Assembly: GCA_047495785.1 (NCBI GenBank)
Contig: JBLDXI010000032.1
Coordinates: forward strand, 3,162,001 to 3,226,000
DNA: 64,000 bases
Direction: 5' to 3'
Source of the DNA: Lepidodermella squamata
Lineage: Eukaryota > Animalia > Gastrotricha
Under the pieces are notes generated by a model. That model made no database searches. It saw nothing but the letters and a program-made list of their open reading frames with translations, and was not told the origin of the DNA. Below, piece by piece: positions 1 through 12,350 of this stretch. Position 1 is the stretch's first letter. Each line of letters opens with the position of its first letter. The translations under genes and the position numbers were made by a program.

Positions 1-413
1 CATGGCCAGAAATCGATTAGTTTCTTTTAGCAGTAAACATCTACTCTGCAGTATTAGGTCCCTTTCCTGCACCAGCCATCAACAATCACTAGTGCATTAA
101 AGGAATTGTATAAAAACGCAATATTCACTTTCATTTTTTTTCGTCGCGTTCGTTGATTGGTCCCTGGAGAAGTCTCAATAACCCGTGACCGTCTCAACGT
201 GACTGCGTTTCGAATCGTTCATGCGTCTTGAAAAATTCTAGAAAGCGACACTTTTTCAATGAATATTTTTTTCGCGCGCTTGTAATCGAGTTTTGATGAC
301 CGATCTCTCGCGTGAATCAAATTTTTCGAACTCATCGCCAAATCGTTCGCCAAAACCACGATGCACTCGTTTCATCATAATTTTTCAAGTTTGAGCTCCG
401 CTTGATAAGTAGA

Positions 414-3400
414 ATGCCTCGGGTAGCGCGGAACATTCATTACGTGAGTTTTTAATTTGTTTTATCCCTGATTTCTCTTAATTCTTAATTCCGATTTATA
501 TCAGATTGAAAGCTATGCGTCGTCGAAATTCAAATATCGGCGTTGTAGGCGGTATGTGAAAATTGACCTTAGCAAAGAACAACTGACTCAGTCTGAAAGG
601 CAACACTTTTCAAGGTTTGAACCCACAATTTTATGGAATTTGAATGACAGTTTTTTTCATTAAGTGAGGATTGCGTTTGCGGCCAATCTTTGGACTGGCA
701 CATCCAAGCTGGCCAACACATATCGACGCTTGAATTTTTCGGCCACCAATCATCGTGGTCGATCGAAACCGACACAAAATTGCTGCCATGCGATACTTTT
801 GGCGAGCTTATTTTCCGACCTGGCGATGGTGTTCATTCGACGGAAATTCTACCCGGCGCCTCGGCGAAATACATTCGAATTGATGGCCACTCTACAGATC
901 CCGATTATTTAGAGAGCATCTACCAGTTCATGACTGATGAACGACTATGGGCGATGAAAAAACCAGGGTTACTCATGGAAATTACCGGGTCAACAATCGA
1001 TTTCCCCCACATTGATCAAATCGCCTTGAATAAGTTCAATGACGGGCTTCTTAAAGCAGCTAGTAGTGCCAGTAATTAAAATTTTGAAAATTCTCGAATT
1101 TATTTTTCGAAACCAATTAAATTTCAGATGCATGGATTGTCACTACCGGCGTCAATCGAGGGGTCATGAAACTTGTGGGACAGGCAGTTGCCCAAACTCG
1201 TATGGCTCATATTGATACAAATATCACGTGCCTAGGCATAGCTTCGTGGGGTTCGATAAAATACCGCGAAACTCTTATTCACAGACAAGCATCAGAGATA
1301 ACGAGAAGCCACCGCCGCTCTCTACAGCCTAGGGTTCGGGCTATTTCAGTTCAAACCGATAGCACTGATGACTCGACAACTGGGGTTAATCACGGGAAAT
1401 GGGGCGTCGATTACTTTATCGATACAAAGGACGCTATTGGGTCACAGAATCTTGATCAAAATCACAACTACTTCCTGCTGATCGACAACGGCCGGGATAA
1501 ACGATTCGGCGAGGAAATACCGTTTCGAGCCCGTTTGCTGGACCATTTTTCGAGGAAGACCCTGCCCGGTAGTGGAATTGCCAACCGAGACGACACCGAT
1601 GAAGCTGCTTCAACACCGAGTTTACTAATCGTAATCGGCGGCGGTGGGTCAGCCCTTAGAACTGTTGAAGAAACCCTGTCAGTTCAACGACCCTCATCTG
1701 TCCTCGATCTGAAACGATCTCCTCGTCCTGTTATAGTCCTGAAAGGCTTTGGCGGGATTGCTGATATCATTGCATTCGCTTACGAGATGACAGTGAAGAA
1801 GGAAGAAATGCTCCTCGACGAGGACAAAAATAAGCCGAAAAAGCCGAGATATTACATGCAGAAATCAGCTTCATCAAAGTAATTTTTATCACTAAAATTT
1901 TCGAAAAATTATGTTTATTTCTTGTCTAGAATCAGCCCTAATAAGGACTTTGAGACGTCTTTCCCCGACGATTTCGATGCAAAAATTACCGAGCATCCAG
2001 AAATGGAATGGCTGCTAATGCAACTGCCTGAAGAGGAGAGAGATGTCCAGGCCGTTCGATACTGCAGGGTGGTCAGAAATTGTTTATCTGATCGAAGAAT
2101 GATCACTGTTTTCGACATTTTCTCCGAAAACCTAACTGGGACGAAAGAGTCGCTCGATAGAGACATATTGCATGCTATTTTCAAGGCTGAACTCGGCGGG
2201 CCTGAGGTGATGTTCGAACTGGCTCAGATTTGGAACCGCGCCGATATCGCTCGAAACATTTTACAGGAAAGCTGCAATTTGATCAAGGTGGGCTTTTTAA
2301 AATCTCACTCAGATATGTTTTAACAGTTTTGATTTTAGAAATCGATGGACTGTAAAGAGGCGATGATGCGAGCTGTTTCGAATGGCCAAGGAAATTTCTG
2401 TAAACTATTTGATGACTACAACTTGGTTCACACTAAAACTTTCGTAACTCGGACAATAATGGCTGAAATCTACGATCGGGCTTTTGTGAAGCGAACAGCC
2501 AAGGTGAACAAATCTACTGTTACTCTATTCCGAAGTTTCCTATTCGAAAGAACGGTAAGCTCCTTTAATAAGATAATCGGCCATCGATTGATTTTGATTA
2601 TAATTTAGGGCGAAGAAGATGATGAATTTCACAGAGAAAAACTGCTCCGGACTATAGGAAACATCCTGGCTGAGAAAATCGGCTGTTACATCGATAATTT
2701 GTTCACCGAGGATCTTGTTCCTATATCGGGCAAAACTCGGCAGGAGGACGAAGAAGAGCCAACAATCGACCTTGACAATCTCGATGCGAAATGTGTGAAC
2801 AGTTTTGTTGGCGCAAAGCTCATTCAAACGCTATCGATGCACCCAATGACCCCGAAAAAGATGTCATCTGCCAACGAACTTGACGAGGTCAATATTCCGT
2901 ATCTATCTGGCCTAAGAGATCTTTTCCTGTTTTCGTTGTTGATAAACGCGAAGGACATGGCGGTCATGTATTGGTTTCACGGTCAAGATCACCTAGGAAC
3001 AGCCCTTTTCGCTGTGAAATTTCTCAAGGCCTTAGCTAGTGATGCTACGAAATCCGGCCTAATCGACCTTGCGATTGAATTCGAAGTTCGGGCGTCTGAA
3101 TGGCAAAAACGAGCTTTGGATGTGTTGACAGTGTGCTACGATGATAATCCTGAGCGAACCTATCGACTTTTAACGCGGAGCTTAGGAACCTGGCAGGGAT
3201 ATTCTGTCCTCGAAATAGCTTATCACACCCAGCAGCAAGAATTCATGGAACACCCTGCTGTTCAGACGAAATTGAACCAGCTTTGGTTCGGCCGAATAGC
3301 GCCTTTTTCCAACTTCAACCTCGTTTATCTCTCAACAATTTTGTGGCCCGTTGTCGTGAAAATTCAATTTTTGGCTCATTACGGCATCGATGCTCCGGAG

Positions 3401-4904
3401 CTGATCTACAAAGCTGAGCAGCATGACGAAGAGGAGGACGAAGATATTGAGGAAGACGGCCCGTCGTCGACCGCTGGCCGGTCGAGGCGTCGTTACGTTG
3501 GGGTGACATGGTTCAAAAAGGCGAAAAGCGGTTCGATTCCTATAATCGCGGCAATTTACGCGGTTTACGCTTCCCCGAAAACTAAATTCTTCCTTCACGC
3601 TGTTATGACCTTTCTATCTCTAACTGCCTTTTCCTATTTCATCATAACCGGGCCTGACCCGCATAACGTCAGCTGGTTGGAGGCTTACATCTGGCTGTGG
3701 GCGTTCATCTCGTTTGCCGATCGAATACGGGAAAGCATTGAAGAGCAAATGCTGAACCAGTTCCATGAAAGGGTCGCTTATTTCTTCTCGCAAATGTGGA
3801 ATGTCACTGAATTGATCGGCGTGGTTTGCCTTGGATTTTCGTTCCTAACTCGAATGGCCCTTCCCGCCGAGTATTTCGTCTATGCAAGGACTATCTACGC
3901 CGTAGCTTGTCTAGTCTATTGGGTCCAGGCTTTCCAAATCCTTTACGTGTCGCAATCGCTTGGTCCTAAGGTCATTACGCTGTTCAAAATGATGCAAGAT
4001 CTCTACTTTTTCCTAGTCCTATATTTCATCATTCTCGTCTCGTTTTCTGTACCAATTTATGTCCTAATGTACCCGCATCAGACGAATGCTAAAGGCGAGT
4101 TGATGTCAACTGGCCGACAGTTGTTGTACATTTTGTACGCGAGATGGTGGAATTTAGCCGGAATTTCAATGGACGATAGCCGCAATGAAATCGAAGGCAC
4201 TTGCAAGATGACGCAGGCCTATCAAACCTCAGTCATGTTGAAAGCGCTGAATTTCTCCGATATCCACCAAGTTTTGAACGATAACGAAACCGGGCATGAA
4301 GAAACAGCGACAGCTGTACCGAAAATTGTAACTCCAATCGTTTGTTCGGAAAGAAATGTAGTCGGGATTACTCTGCTTATTGTTTTCCTGATTCTGACAA
4401 ATATCATGCTTCTCAACATGTTGATCGCCATGTTGACTAGAACGGTTGATGCTGTTAGAGAAAATTCGATAAGATTGTGGCGCTTTCATATCTATCGAAT
4501 TACCTATCAATTTTTCGGCAAACCCTTATTGCCCGCGCCATTTTCCGTCGGCGAGATGATTTATCGGCTTCTACGTCGACTTGGCTACATCGTTGCATCA
4601 AAACAAGTCAGCACTGCGATAAGTGAGTAAAATTTAAAAAAAATCCACCCTAATAAGTTATTTTCAATTTTTAGAGGAATATTTTTCGCCCACTGATTTC
4701 GAGTATCAGAAGCTGTCGCTTTTCGAGCGAAGTGCGACAGTTGACCTGGCGGATATGAACAACGAAGAGCAAGATGAATCATCAAAAAGCGCCATATTAA
4801 CACGGCTGAAATTTGTCCATCAAAAACTGGATCGAAAGCTCGATAAAGTTGAAGCCAAAATAGGCAACATTTCCTTTCCTAACCAAAGCGTTGATTTGGG
4901 ATAA
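414..4904 (+). CDS. TRPM-like cation channel, copy 1 (8 exons, ~1371 aa; no C-terminal NUDT9-H or kinase domain)
   Basis: Exons read from GT-AG sites: 414-443, 505-614, 665-1071, 1128-1878, 1930-2287, 2339-2554, 2609-4622, 4675-4904 (total 4116 nt, in frame). TRPM motifs: KPGLLMEITG, AWIVTTGVNRGVMKLVG, LDQNHNYFLLIDNG, WNRADIA, F(M)EHPAVQTKLNQLW, six TM segments, LGPKV, NIMLLNMLIAM, TRP-helix WRFHIY..KPLLPAPF, terminal coiled coil. The start exon is inferred. Confidence 0.93.
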
Positions 4905-4909
4905 CAAAT

Positions 4910-5487
4910 GACCGAAAATAAGTGAAAAGTGGGGTTTGGCGAAAATTTTGACATGGTGAGATTTTGATGCCGCTTTCAAGATCAGTAAACGAGGAGTCGA
5001 TTGGTATATAAAATAGGTTGATATTCATCAGGGTAGCCGAGAAAATGGGCTTCACAGTTTGGGAATGATAATTTCTTATTTCGAAAAATGCACGCTTAAA
5101 ATATTGGAGTTTTCAAAACCTATGTTAAAAATCCCTCGCGCAATTAATTCTGATGTTATATTTTTCATGCGATGTCGACATTTCTAAGGGTAATCTGAGG
5201 TGAGGAATCTCACTATATATTCAAAAATTTTGTTGGAATCAAGCTGGTGTCTCTATGACAACCTCAATCAATTGCCCTTTCCAGGGCATCTCTGGGGTTT
5301 TCCGTGTTTTAAGGCGGATGGGAGCATCCTTGAGTTCTGAAATTTGAAAATTCAAAATCCTCAATAAAAACTGAGTAAAGACATCTAGGAATCTAAGAAT
5401 CGTCCCTCCTCAAGTCAACACACGTTTTGCCATTTGCTTGAAAATACAGAAAATACGCCAAACCCCACTTTTCACTTATTTTCGGTC
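4910..5487. mobile_element. Non-autonomous DNA transposon (MITE), Sola1-like
   Basis: 32-bp perfect TIR GACCGAAAATAAGTGAAAAGTGGGGTTTGGCG at both ends, flanked by a 4-bp AAAT direct repeat (AWWT TSD is typical of Sola1). Inserted 5 nt after the TRPM copy 1 stop. A related copy lies at 23291-24640. Confidence 0.8.
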
Positions 5488-5615
5488 AAATATTATATTG
5501 TTCTTTCCTGTGTTTTTGTGCCAACTTAATTAATGAGAAATCAAGTTCCGTTTATTTTGCTTTATTGAGGTCTGATAAATAAAAAATTATTATAGCGGCG
5601 TCGTGATAATTAAAT

Positions 5616-6008
5616 TCACAGCTTATTTCCACCGCGATTCGATGTAGGATAAAACTGTTCATCGTCCTGATCGTCATCATCATTGTCACTGCTGTCATCG
5701 TCGTCATTTCCGGCGTCTTCAAGATCGTTATTGGGGCTGCCATTTACTAACACTGGCACGCTTTCATCGTCATCGTCATCTTCCTCGCTGCTTGAAGAGC
5801 TGCTATCATCGTCATCATCGTCATTATCATCGACTACAACGGGGACCAGAATGGCATTTGGAGCGGCTGCAGCTGCATCATTATCTTCGAGGGAGTCCTC
5901 TTCCGAAGAAAGATCCGCGCCAACTCCAACTCCGCCATTCACCAATACTTGGGCGTATTGACCGGCGAAGCTGGCGAACAGAATGACAGCTAATAGCGAG
6001 AATTGCAT
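5616..6008 (-). CDS. Secreted Asp/Ser-rich acidic protein 1 (130 aa)
   Basis: Single-exon ORF with a signal peptide (MQFSLLAVILFASFAG), poly-D tracts, SSEE/SSSSSSEE clusters and C-terminal FYPTSNRGGNKL. TATA-like TATTTAAA upstream and AATAAA downstream. Paralog at 16075-16515. Confidence 0.88.
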   Translation of the reverse strand: MQFSLLAVILFASFAGQYAQVLVNGGVGVGADLSSEEDSLEDNDAAAAAPNAILVPVVVDDNDDDDDDSSSSSSEEDDDDDESVPVLVNGSPNNDLEDAGNDDDDSSDNDDDDQDDEQFYPTSNRGGNKL

Positions 6009-6302
6009 GGTTTAGGAATATGTTTTAGAAATGGAAGGATGAATAATTTTCGCCCAAACATGGCAGTTTAAATAGTAAATGGCCGCATTCCTTCTTCAAC
6101 CCAATGTTTAAAAGTTTTTTTTGTCGAACTTGAAGCCTAATAATTTCGAGTTAATTTCCCATCCTTTTATTTTACTTCATCAAATTAGCTTCGGTTATAA
6201 AATTTGCGAGTTCTCAAATTTATGAGATTATTTTGTAAATTTATTCGGAAAAGATTATAAATAATGTTGCCTTCTAGGTGTTTTGTCGAGTACCTACGGC
6301 TA

Positions 6303-6310
6303 TGACGTCA
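6303..6310. promoter_or_regulatory. Palindromic CRE-type site TGACGTCA ~295 bp upstream of acidic protein 1
   Basis: Perfect TGACGTCA, conserved at the same distance upstream of acidic protein 2 (16808-16815). Function not shown. Confidence 0.4.
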
Positions 6311-7123
6311 AGCCGCCTTGTTGTGAAGATAAAATATTCGACATTAATGACCCCTACGCATTCCTGTGATCGCCATCTTGCCGTTGGATTTTGTTTTTTT
6401 TTCACTAGGTGCAATTATAAACGTGCTTGCCGGTCACGCCATGACAAAAAATGAGAAAGCTTAATCATGCTCTACTATGTATTTGTTTTGGTCGATAAAA
6501 ATGGGAGGAAAATAGAATGGAAATAGAATCAAGATGCTTGAATACGAAAAATCAGCTTATCGCATCTGAAGCCCCGATGACACAAGAGCCAATAATGTCG
6601 ATGTTTGCATACATCATTCACTCAAAAAGATCGGAACTAATGAAAAATGAAAGTAATACAAAATTGTACCTCAAAAACACCTACCGTACTGCTCGAAAAG
6701 TCTCGTTTAAAAGTCGGTCTCGAATATAAGACGGGGTTTTTTACTTCGTTTGAAAAAACAAAGGACAGGCCCAACATTTCGGGCAGCACGGTACTTTAAG
6801 GCCTATTTACCAAAATATCGCTGCTCCTCTTGGAAGATTCCAGGCACAATCCAGGCTTAATAATGTAACCTTGCACGTGCATTTTCATGTAAAAATGTTG
6901 TCAATATTCTAGAATGTGTGAGGAGGTGATTATAGATTTTATATTTTGGAGCTCCTGATTGCGAAAATAATCTGTAAAAAATCGAATCACTTTTCGAAAA
7001 GTAAAATCGATATTCTTGTACTAAATCTGGTCTGCGATTTTTCTGACATATTTTCCAAATTGTATCTCGAAAAGCAAAGGATGGACAGGTGAAAGAAGTG
7101 TGGACATAATTGTACCTCTTTAA

Positions 7124-7850
7124 CCCTTTCACGGCGGGAAGGACGATTTCGGAATTTCGACATTGAAAATTCGCAGAAAATTGAATTTGATGAATTCTTG
7201 ATCGCCCTTTTGAGGAATATTGCTCTTCGATTTTGGCCACAAGGTTCTGAGACCAGGACACCGTTATCTTGCATGGTCAGGACATTCTAGCAATTTGAAA
7301 ATAGTCAGCAACCTGAGATTAAAATTTCGATTTTTTTCAACTTGAAATTGCATAGGGTTCTGATCATTTGTTGATCCAACAAAAAATATCACCGTGTCCG
7401 CCATAGTCTCATTGACCTCTGTGTAAATTTTTTCGACTTGGAAACTAAAATTGACGCCGCTATTGAACTTCAATCAAACCGGCCGAATTTGTCCTATCCG
7501 CCAGGACTTATACAGGCGGAGTGCGTGGTTTTTGGGCTGCAAAAGTTGTCGCGAGGAAAAACTTGAAAAGATGAATTCAGATCTGAATGCTGAGCCTCTA
7601 AATTTTTTTTACTCTGAATGTTTTCGGTGAAATAAGTGATAGAGAATCTTAGGGACATTCATGAAAGTAATTTATAATCTAAAATTCCAAAGCTGGGCGG
7701 ATAGGACGATTTCGGCCAGTTTTGTACAGCCTTAACGGTGATAGATAAAGACAAACGGGTTTCAAAATCGTGATCAGGGCCTTCGAAAACCCCTAGAACT
7801 GCCGTCAAATATTTTTTCTACAGCAGATAAATAATTCCGCCATGAAAGGG
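7124..7850. mobile_element. piggyBac-like MITE
   Basis: TTAA|CCCTTTCACGGCGG ... CCGCCATGAAAGGG|TTAA: 14-bp TIR (13/14 match) with TTAA TSD; no transposase ORF. Confidence 0.82.
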
Positions 7851-8062
7851 TTAAGGTATATTCCGGACTCATCGAGTAAATGAATCACACCATATATTTC
7901 TTGCGCAGCCAAATTTTCTTTCTATCGATGTATTTTTTACTCTAACGACTTACGACACTGTCGAAAGGTGTAAAATGTAGAATTAGGGCAATATTCACTT
8001 ATCAAGTCCAGTTCCTAATGCTAATATTTATGCAGTCATAATATAACTGGGCACAATAGTGT

Positions 8063-11000
8063 TCAGGGCATGGCTACAGGCGAGCAAGGTGTTCCAGGCG
8101 ACACGCAAACTTTAGTGCTCGGGCAATAAACGCCAGTGCCAACGCAGGCCGTGCAATTTGCTTCGTCATCACTGTATCGGCAATCCTTCGTTCCATCGCA
8201 TCTCTTCGAGTTTGGAATGCACCTGCCAGTCTTGCATCGGAATTCATCAGATGAGCACGGCGGGCATATTTCATCAGAAATGTCACCGTTTCCACAGTCC
8301 TAAGTTTCAAACGAATCCTTATTACCGCAGAATATAATTCCAAGAATAAACCTACCTGATCTCCATCGCAGACGAAACTATTATATTACAGGGTTTACAC
8401 GAGCAGTCTATCAATAGATATTATGACTCACTAAGCAGGAAGGCAAGTGCTAGTATTTGCACATTTGAAAGGTCTGGTTGGTGGGCAACCATCGCAGTTG
8501 ATTTGATCGTCGCCAAATGGGCAGTGTTCGCTTTTGTCACAGACGTAACGAGCCGGTATGCATTTTGTAGAGTTGTTGCACTTGTAATCATCGGCATTCG
8601 GGCACTAATGATGACAAATGATTCATGAATAAGTTTGAAGCCATATTATCATACCATAGTGCAGTTAGATTCATCCCATCCGTCGAGGCAATCGGGATCG
8701 CCGTCGCAAATCTCTGTCAAATAAACGCAATCACCTGAGGGACATCGTGTTTGATAACTTGTGCACGTGCAGTTGACCTCGTCGTTGGCGCAGTTTTTAG
8801 TCGAATCGCAAACTGAGTACTTGGAAATGCAAATACCATCACTGCATCGGAATTTACCATTGGCACAAGGCCAATCTAAACAGTTTTGCTCGTCAAAATT
8901 GTTCAAGCAGTCGTCGTTGCCATTGCAACGGCCAATCTGATCTATGCATTTTGTGGAATTGCCGCATTTCCACGTTCTGCCGTTACCAGCAGAAAGAGTA
9001 CATGAAGCGCAGGTAGCCTCGTCGTCCCCAGTTAAGCAGTCAGCGGTACCATTACACAAGGCCCTGTAAAGCAGATTGGTTGAGATGTGAACAAGACTTT
9101 TAGTGAAAAAATACGAAGATGGAATGCAGTTCGTTGTGCCACTGCATAAAAATGGGCGAAGGACAGGGCATTTCTAAGAAATAAATTAACCAGGGAATTT
9201 CAAAATAGGTTCATGACGAAAGATACTGAAGATTCAACACAAATTTCGTCAGATCCGTCATTGCATTCCTTAGTTCCATTACACTGAGCGTCCTCGGCAA
9301 TGCAGGTTCCGTCGCCACAAGTAAAGGCCTTGCAAGGGCAATTGATTTCGTCATCTGAACAATGTTTGTAGTCGTCGCAACGACGCGACAGTGTGATGCA
9401 CAATCCGTCGGAGCAACGGAAACGCGTGGAATTGTCACACGGAACCTGAGCATTCAAGCAATTGAGCTCATCTGAACCATCTGGACCACAGTCTTTATGG
9501 CCATCGCATCTTCAATCAAACATGAAAAACGTCTAAAACTATCAGTTGGCGATAGGCCTACTGGTGCGAAGCTGGAATGCATCGTTTGTCAGAGCATAAG
9601 AATCCATTAATACCGCATGCTGTAAATCATATCTGATTGGTCTGAAAATAATCGAGGTTGAAAAACAAACCGGTACAATTGATTTCGTCAGAGCCATCTG
9701 TGCAATGAGAGTAGCCGTCACAAACAACGGCATTCTTCAAGCATCTTCCATTTGCGCATTTAAATTCAGGGCATGGCGGGCAGTCAACTTCGTCAGATAG
9801 GTCGTTTTGTCCGCAATCCTAACATTTATACGTATAGTTTTTGTTCAATTAAAATCAGCAGGTTTTACGTGATCGCCATCACATCGGTAGCTGAGACATA
9901 AGGAAAAATGTAGAGATATAGAGATAAAATTCAGTTATTGTCTAATAAACTTTTTAGAGATGCATCTTGAAGAATTGGTACACTTGAACTTGGAAAAAGC
10001 AGGGCATTCGTCACACCGCTCATCGCTGCCATCATCGCAGTCTTTGGTCTTATCGCAATATTTCCTTGGTTGTAAAGACATTTCTGAAGTGAGCAAATTA
10101 GAGCAATAGGAAAATGCAATTACCACTCAGGTATGCACTTGGTCCCAGTATCGCAATGGAAGTAATTGAAGTATCGCGATGGGCACTGATTGAAGGATAG
10201 ACGATTTTGATTGTAGCATTAAAAAGTTAATTGTACCGTTTCGCAGTTAAGCTCGTCAGTTCCATCGAAGCAATCCTTCCGCCCATCGCACAGATAGCTC
10301 GTGTCAGATAAGCACTGCTTCTGAATCTTACATTCAAACTGGTACTGTGAGCAGCTACAATTTTGCAGTTCATCGTCCGCGCAATGGACAACGCCATCGC
10401 AGACCCTCAATTTTGGAATGCATTTATTGTCACTGCAACGAAATCGATTTTCCGGGCAAGTGTAGGCTTTGCACATCGTTGGATCCTCATCACTAGCTGA
10501 GTCATCTTTGCAATCGTCGTCACCATCACACTGGAACCCGACGAAAATACATTTGTCGGTTTTGCAGTGGAACCCAGTTGACCTGCAAGCTATAAACAAC
10601 ACCCTTGCTTTAACAACTGTTCAAAGTTATTCCGATAACTGACATGTGCAGTTTCGCTCATCATCTCCACCACTGCAATCGATACTGCCATCACAGCGCT
10701 GGGTTTCGTTGATGCACTTGGTGCTGGCACATCGAAATTCATTGGCGGCGCAAGGAGGACAATCCCACTCGTCACTACCATCAGTGCACTCATTGAAACC
10801 GTTACAAACGTAGCTGAAATTTTGTATTATCGTTTATTGGTAAATAGTTTTACGATGGTGAGCAATTAAGGCGCCCTACCTCTTTCGAATGCAGCGTGTA
10901 TTATTACAGCGGAACTGATTCGCATTACAAGTGCAGTTAATTTCGTCACTTTCATCTTGACAATCGTTGTATCCATCGCAAATATCTGAGCGTCTGATCA

Positions 11001-11170
11001 ATTTCCCATCAGGGCAAATCCCACCATCTCCAGTCTATGAAACGCATAATGCGGCATATTAGGATGCTTCCGAAACAATCAGGTATACTTACCGTGATCA
11101 GTTTTGAATTTATTAGGCAGGTGAGCAACGCCACCCCGAATAAGAGGCTGAGAAACCTAACCAGGTGCAT
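8063..11170 (-). CDS. Secreted LDL-receptor class A repeat-only protein, paralog 1 (multi-exon, ~19 LDLa repeats)
   Basis: Signal peptide exon [19 protein letters not shown], followed by serial C-x-F-x-C...CDGxxDCxDGSDE modules; ends ...[14 protein letters not shown]-stop with no TM, EGF or YWTD segment. Exon structure is colinear with 58823-61922. Confidence 0.88.
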
Positions 11171-11939
11171 TTCGAAAAATATCAGCTGTTTTTCTCAGAA
11201 ACAAGCCATGGAGATAATTTCTCTTTGAATTAACCATCGACACAGCTGCATTTCAATATTATACGTGGCCTGGCAGTATTCAGCCTTCGGCAAAAAAAAA
11301 TGAAAATAACCTTTACGTGTCCTCAAGCCCCTGTAACGCTAGCAGCTGAAAAAATTGATGCACCGCTAATTTTAGGCCATTTATCTGATGGCCACATACG
11401 CATCGGAATATAATAATGGTCATTGTTGAGCCTAATACGAATGATATAGACGAGTTTACTCATCTTGTTATCTTCCGGTGGTACAAAAATTATCGATACA
11501 ATCGATACAATAACAATGTTATTGTACTGGCCAAAATACAAATAACAGACGTTTAAGGTGGATTTTTTTTAAATTTTATTTGTCAAATTGCCCAACTCGA
11601 CCACTCGCCCCCTGACTGTACTAGCCAAAAGAACACGCATTTTTCTTATTTCCCAACTAGTTTTGTTTTATTAAATAAGGAAAAGACCTGCATTTTTGCT
11701 CTAAGAGATGCAAATCATTATTGCAGTATCATTAGTTTATTGCCAATTATTGATATTTTCAAAATTTTCAAAACGCAATGGAATCGTGGCAAAGGTCCAT
11801 AGGGGGGCGGAACTGAAAGAGGGTGATGAAGTCGTCCGCATTTCCGTTCGACTCAGCTACTAGCTTGCATTGTGCATTGTTGATTGCTCGCTTTGGGATC
11901 ATCCAAAGGCTGCTCCATCTCCGAACTAGGAGAAGCCTG

Positions 11940-12350
11940 GGCGAGGCTGCTCCTCCAGCTTCAACATTCGGTAATTGAAAAGAGCATTCATTGACGCATC
12001 GCCCTTTCTGGTATTACTTCATTGGGCATCAACTAGTCCACCAGGTACATTTCCGCACGCAGTGGCCGGAGAGAATTTTCTTAATCCCGGCTTTCGACAC
12101 TGCGTTCTTCACCAAAGCGTCGATGGAATGCTCGCCCAACTTCACCCTCTAGAGCGCTGCTGTCTAGAGCGCTCTTTTGATCCTATTCGGGGTTCGGAAT
12201 TGAACTTCTTCCAAAAAAAACCGATAGTTAGGTGCGGACAGTCCAGCAGCAAGACCAGCCACAAGACACAATCGACTGCCTGAAACAGCGTACGCTCTTG
12301 GTCCGCTTCTTCATCTTCCTCTTCAGCTTCGAAGCCACGGGTTCCAATGA
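11940..12350 (-). mobile_element. Degenerate tyrosine-recombinase (Crypton/DUF3504-like) remnant
   Basis: Minus-strand fragments read KLGEHSIDALVKNAVSKAGIKKILSGHCVRK (H-x-x-R box) and, after a frameshift/stop, KGDASMNALFNYRMLKLEEQ (resembles the TGHxS..SL..Y catalytic Tyr box). Interrupted by stops; recognised by eye only. Confidence 0.45.

Noticed and set aside
5616-5630. C-terminal -NKL/-IKL as a peroxisomal PTS1 signal
   Set aside because: The proteins have N-terminal signal peptides, IKL is a poor PTS1, and the third paralog ends RAM.
6797-7123. Kolobok-like element adjacent to the piggyBac MITE
   Set aside because: Only one TTAA-flanked terminus-like end (GTACCTCT|TTAA) was found, with no matching partner.
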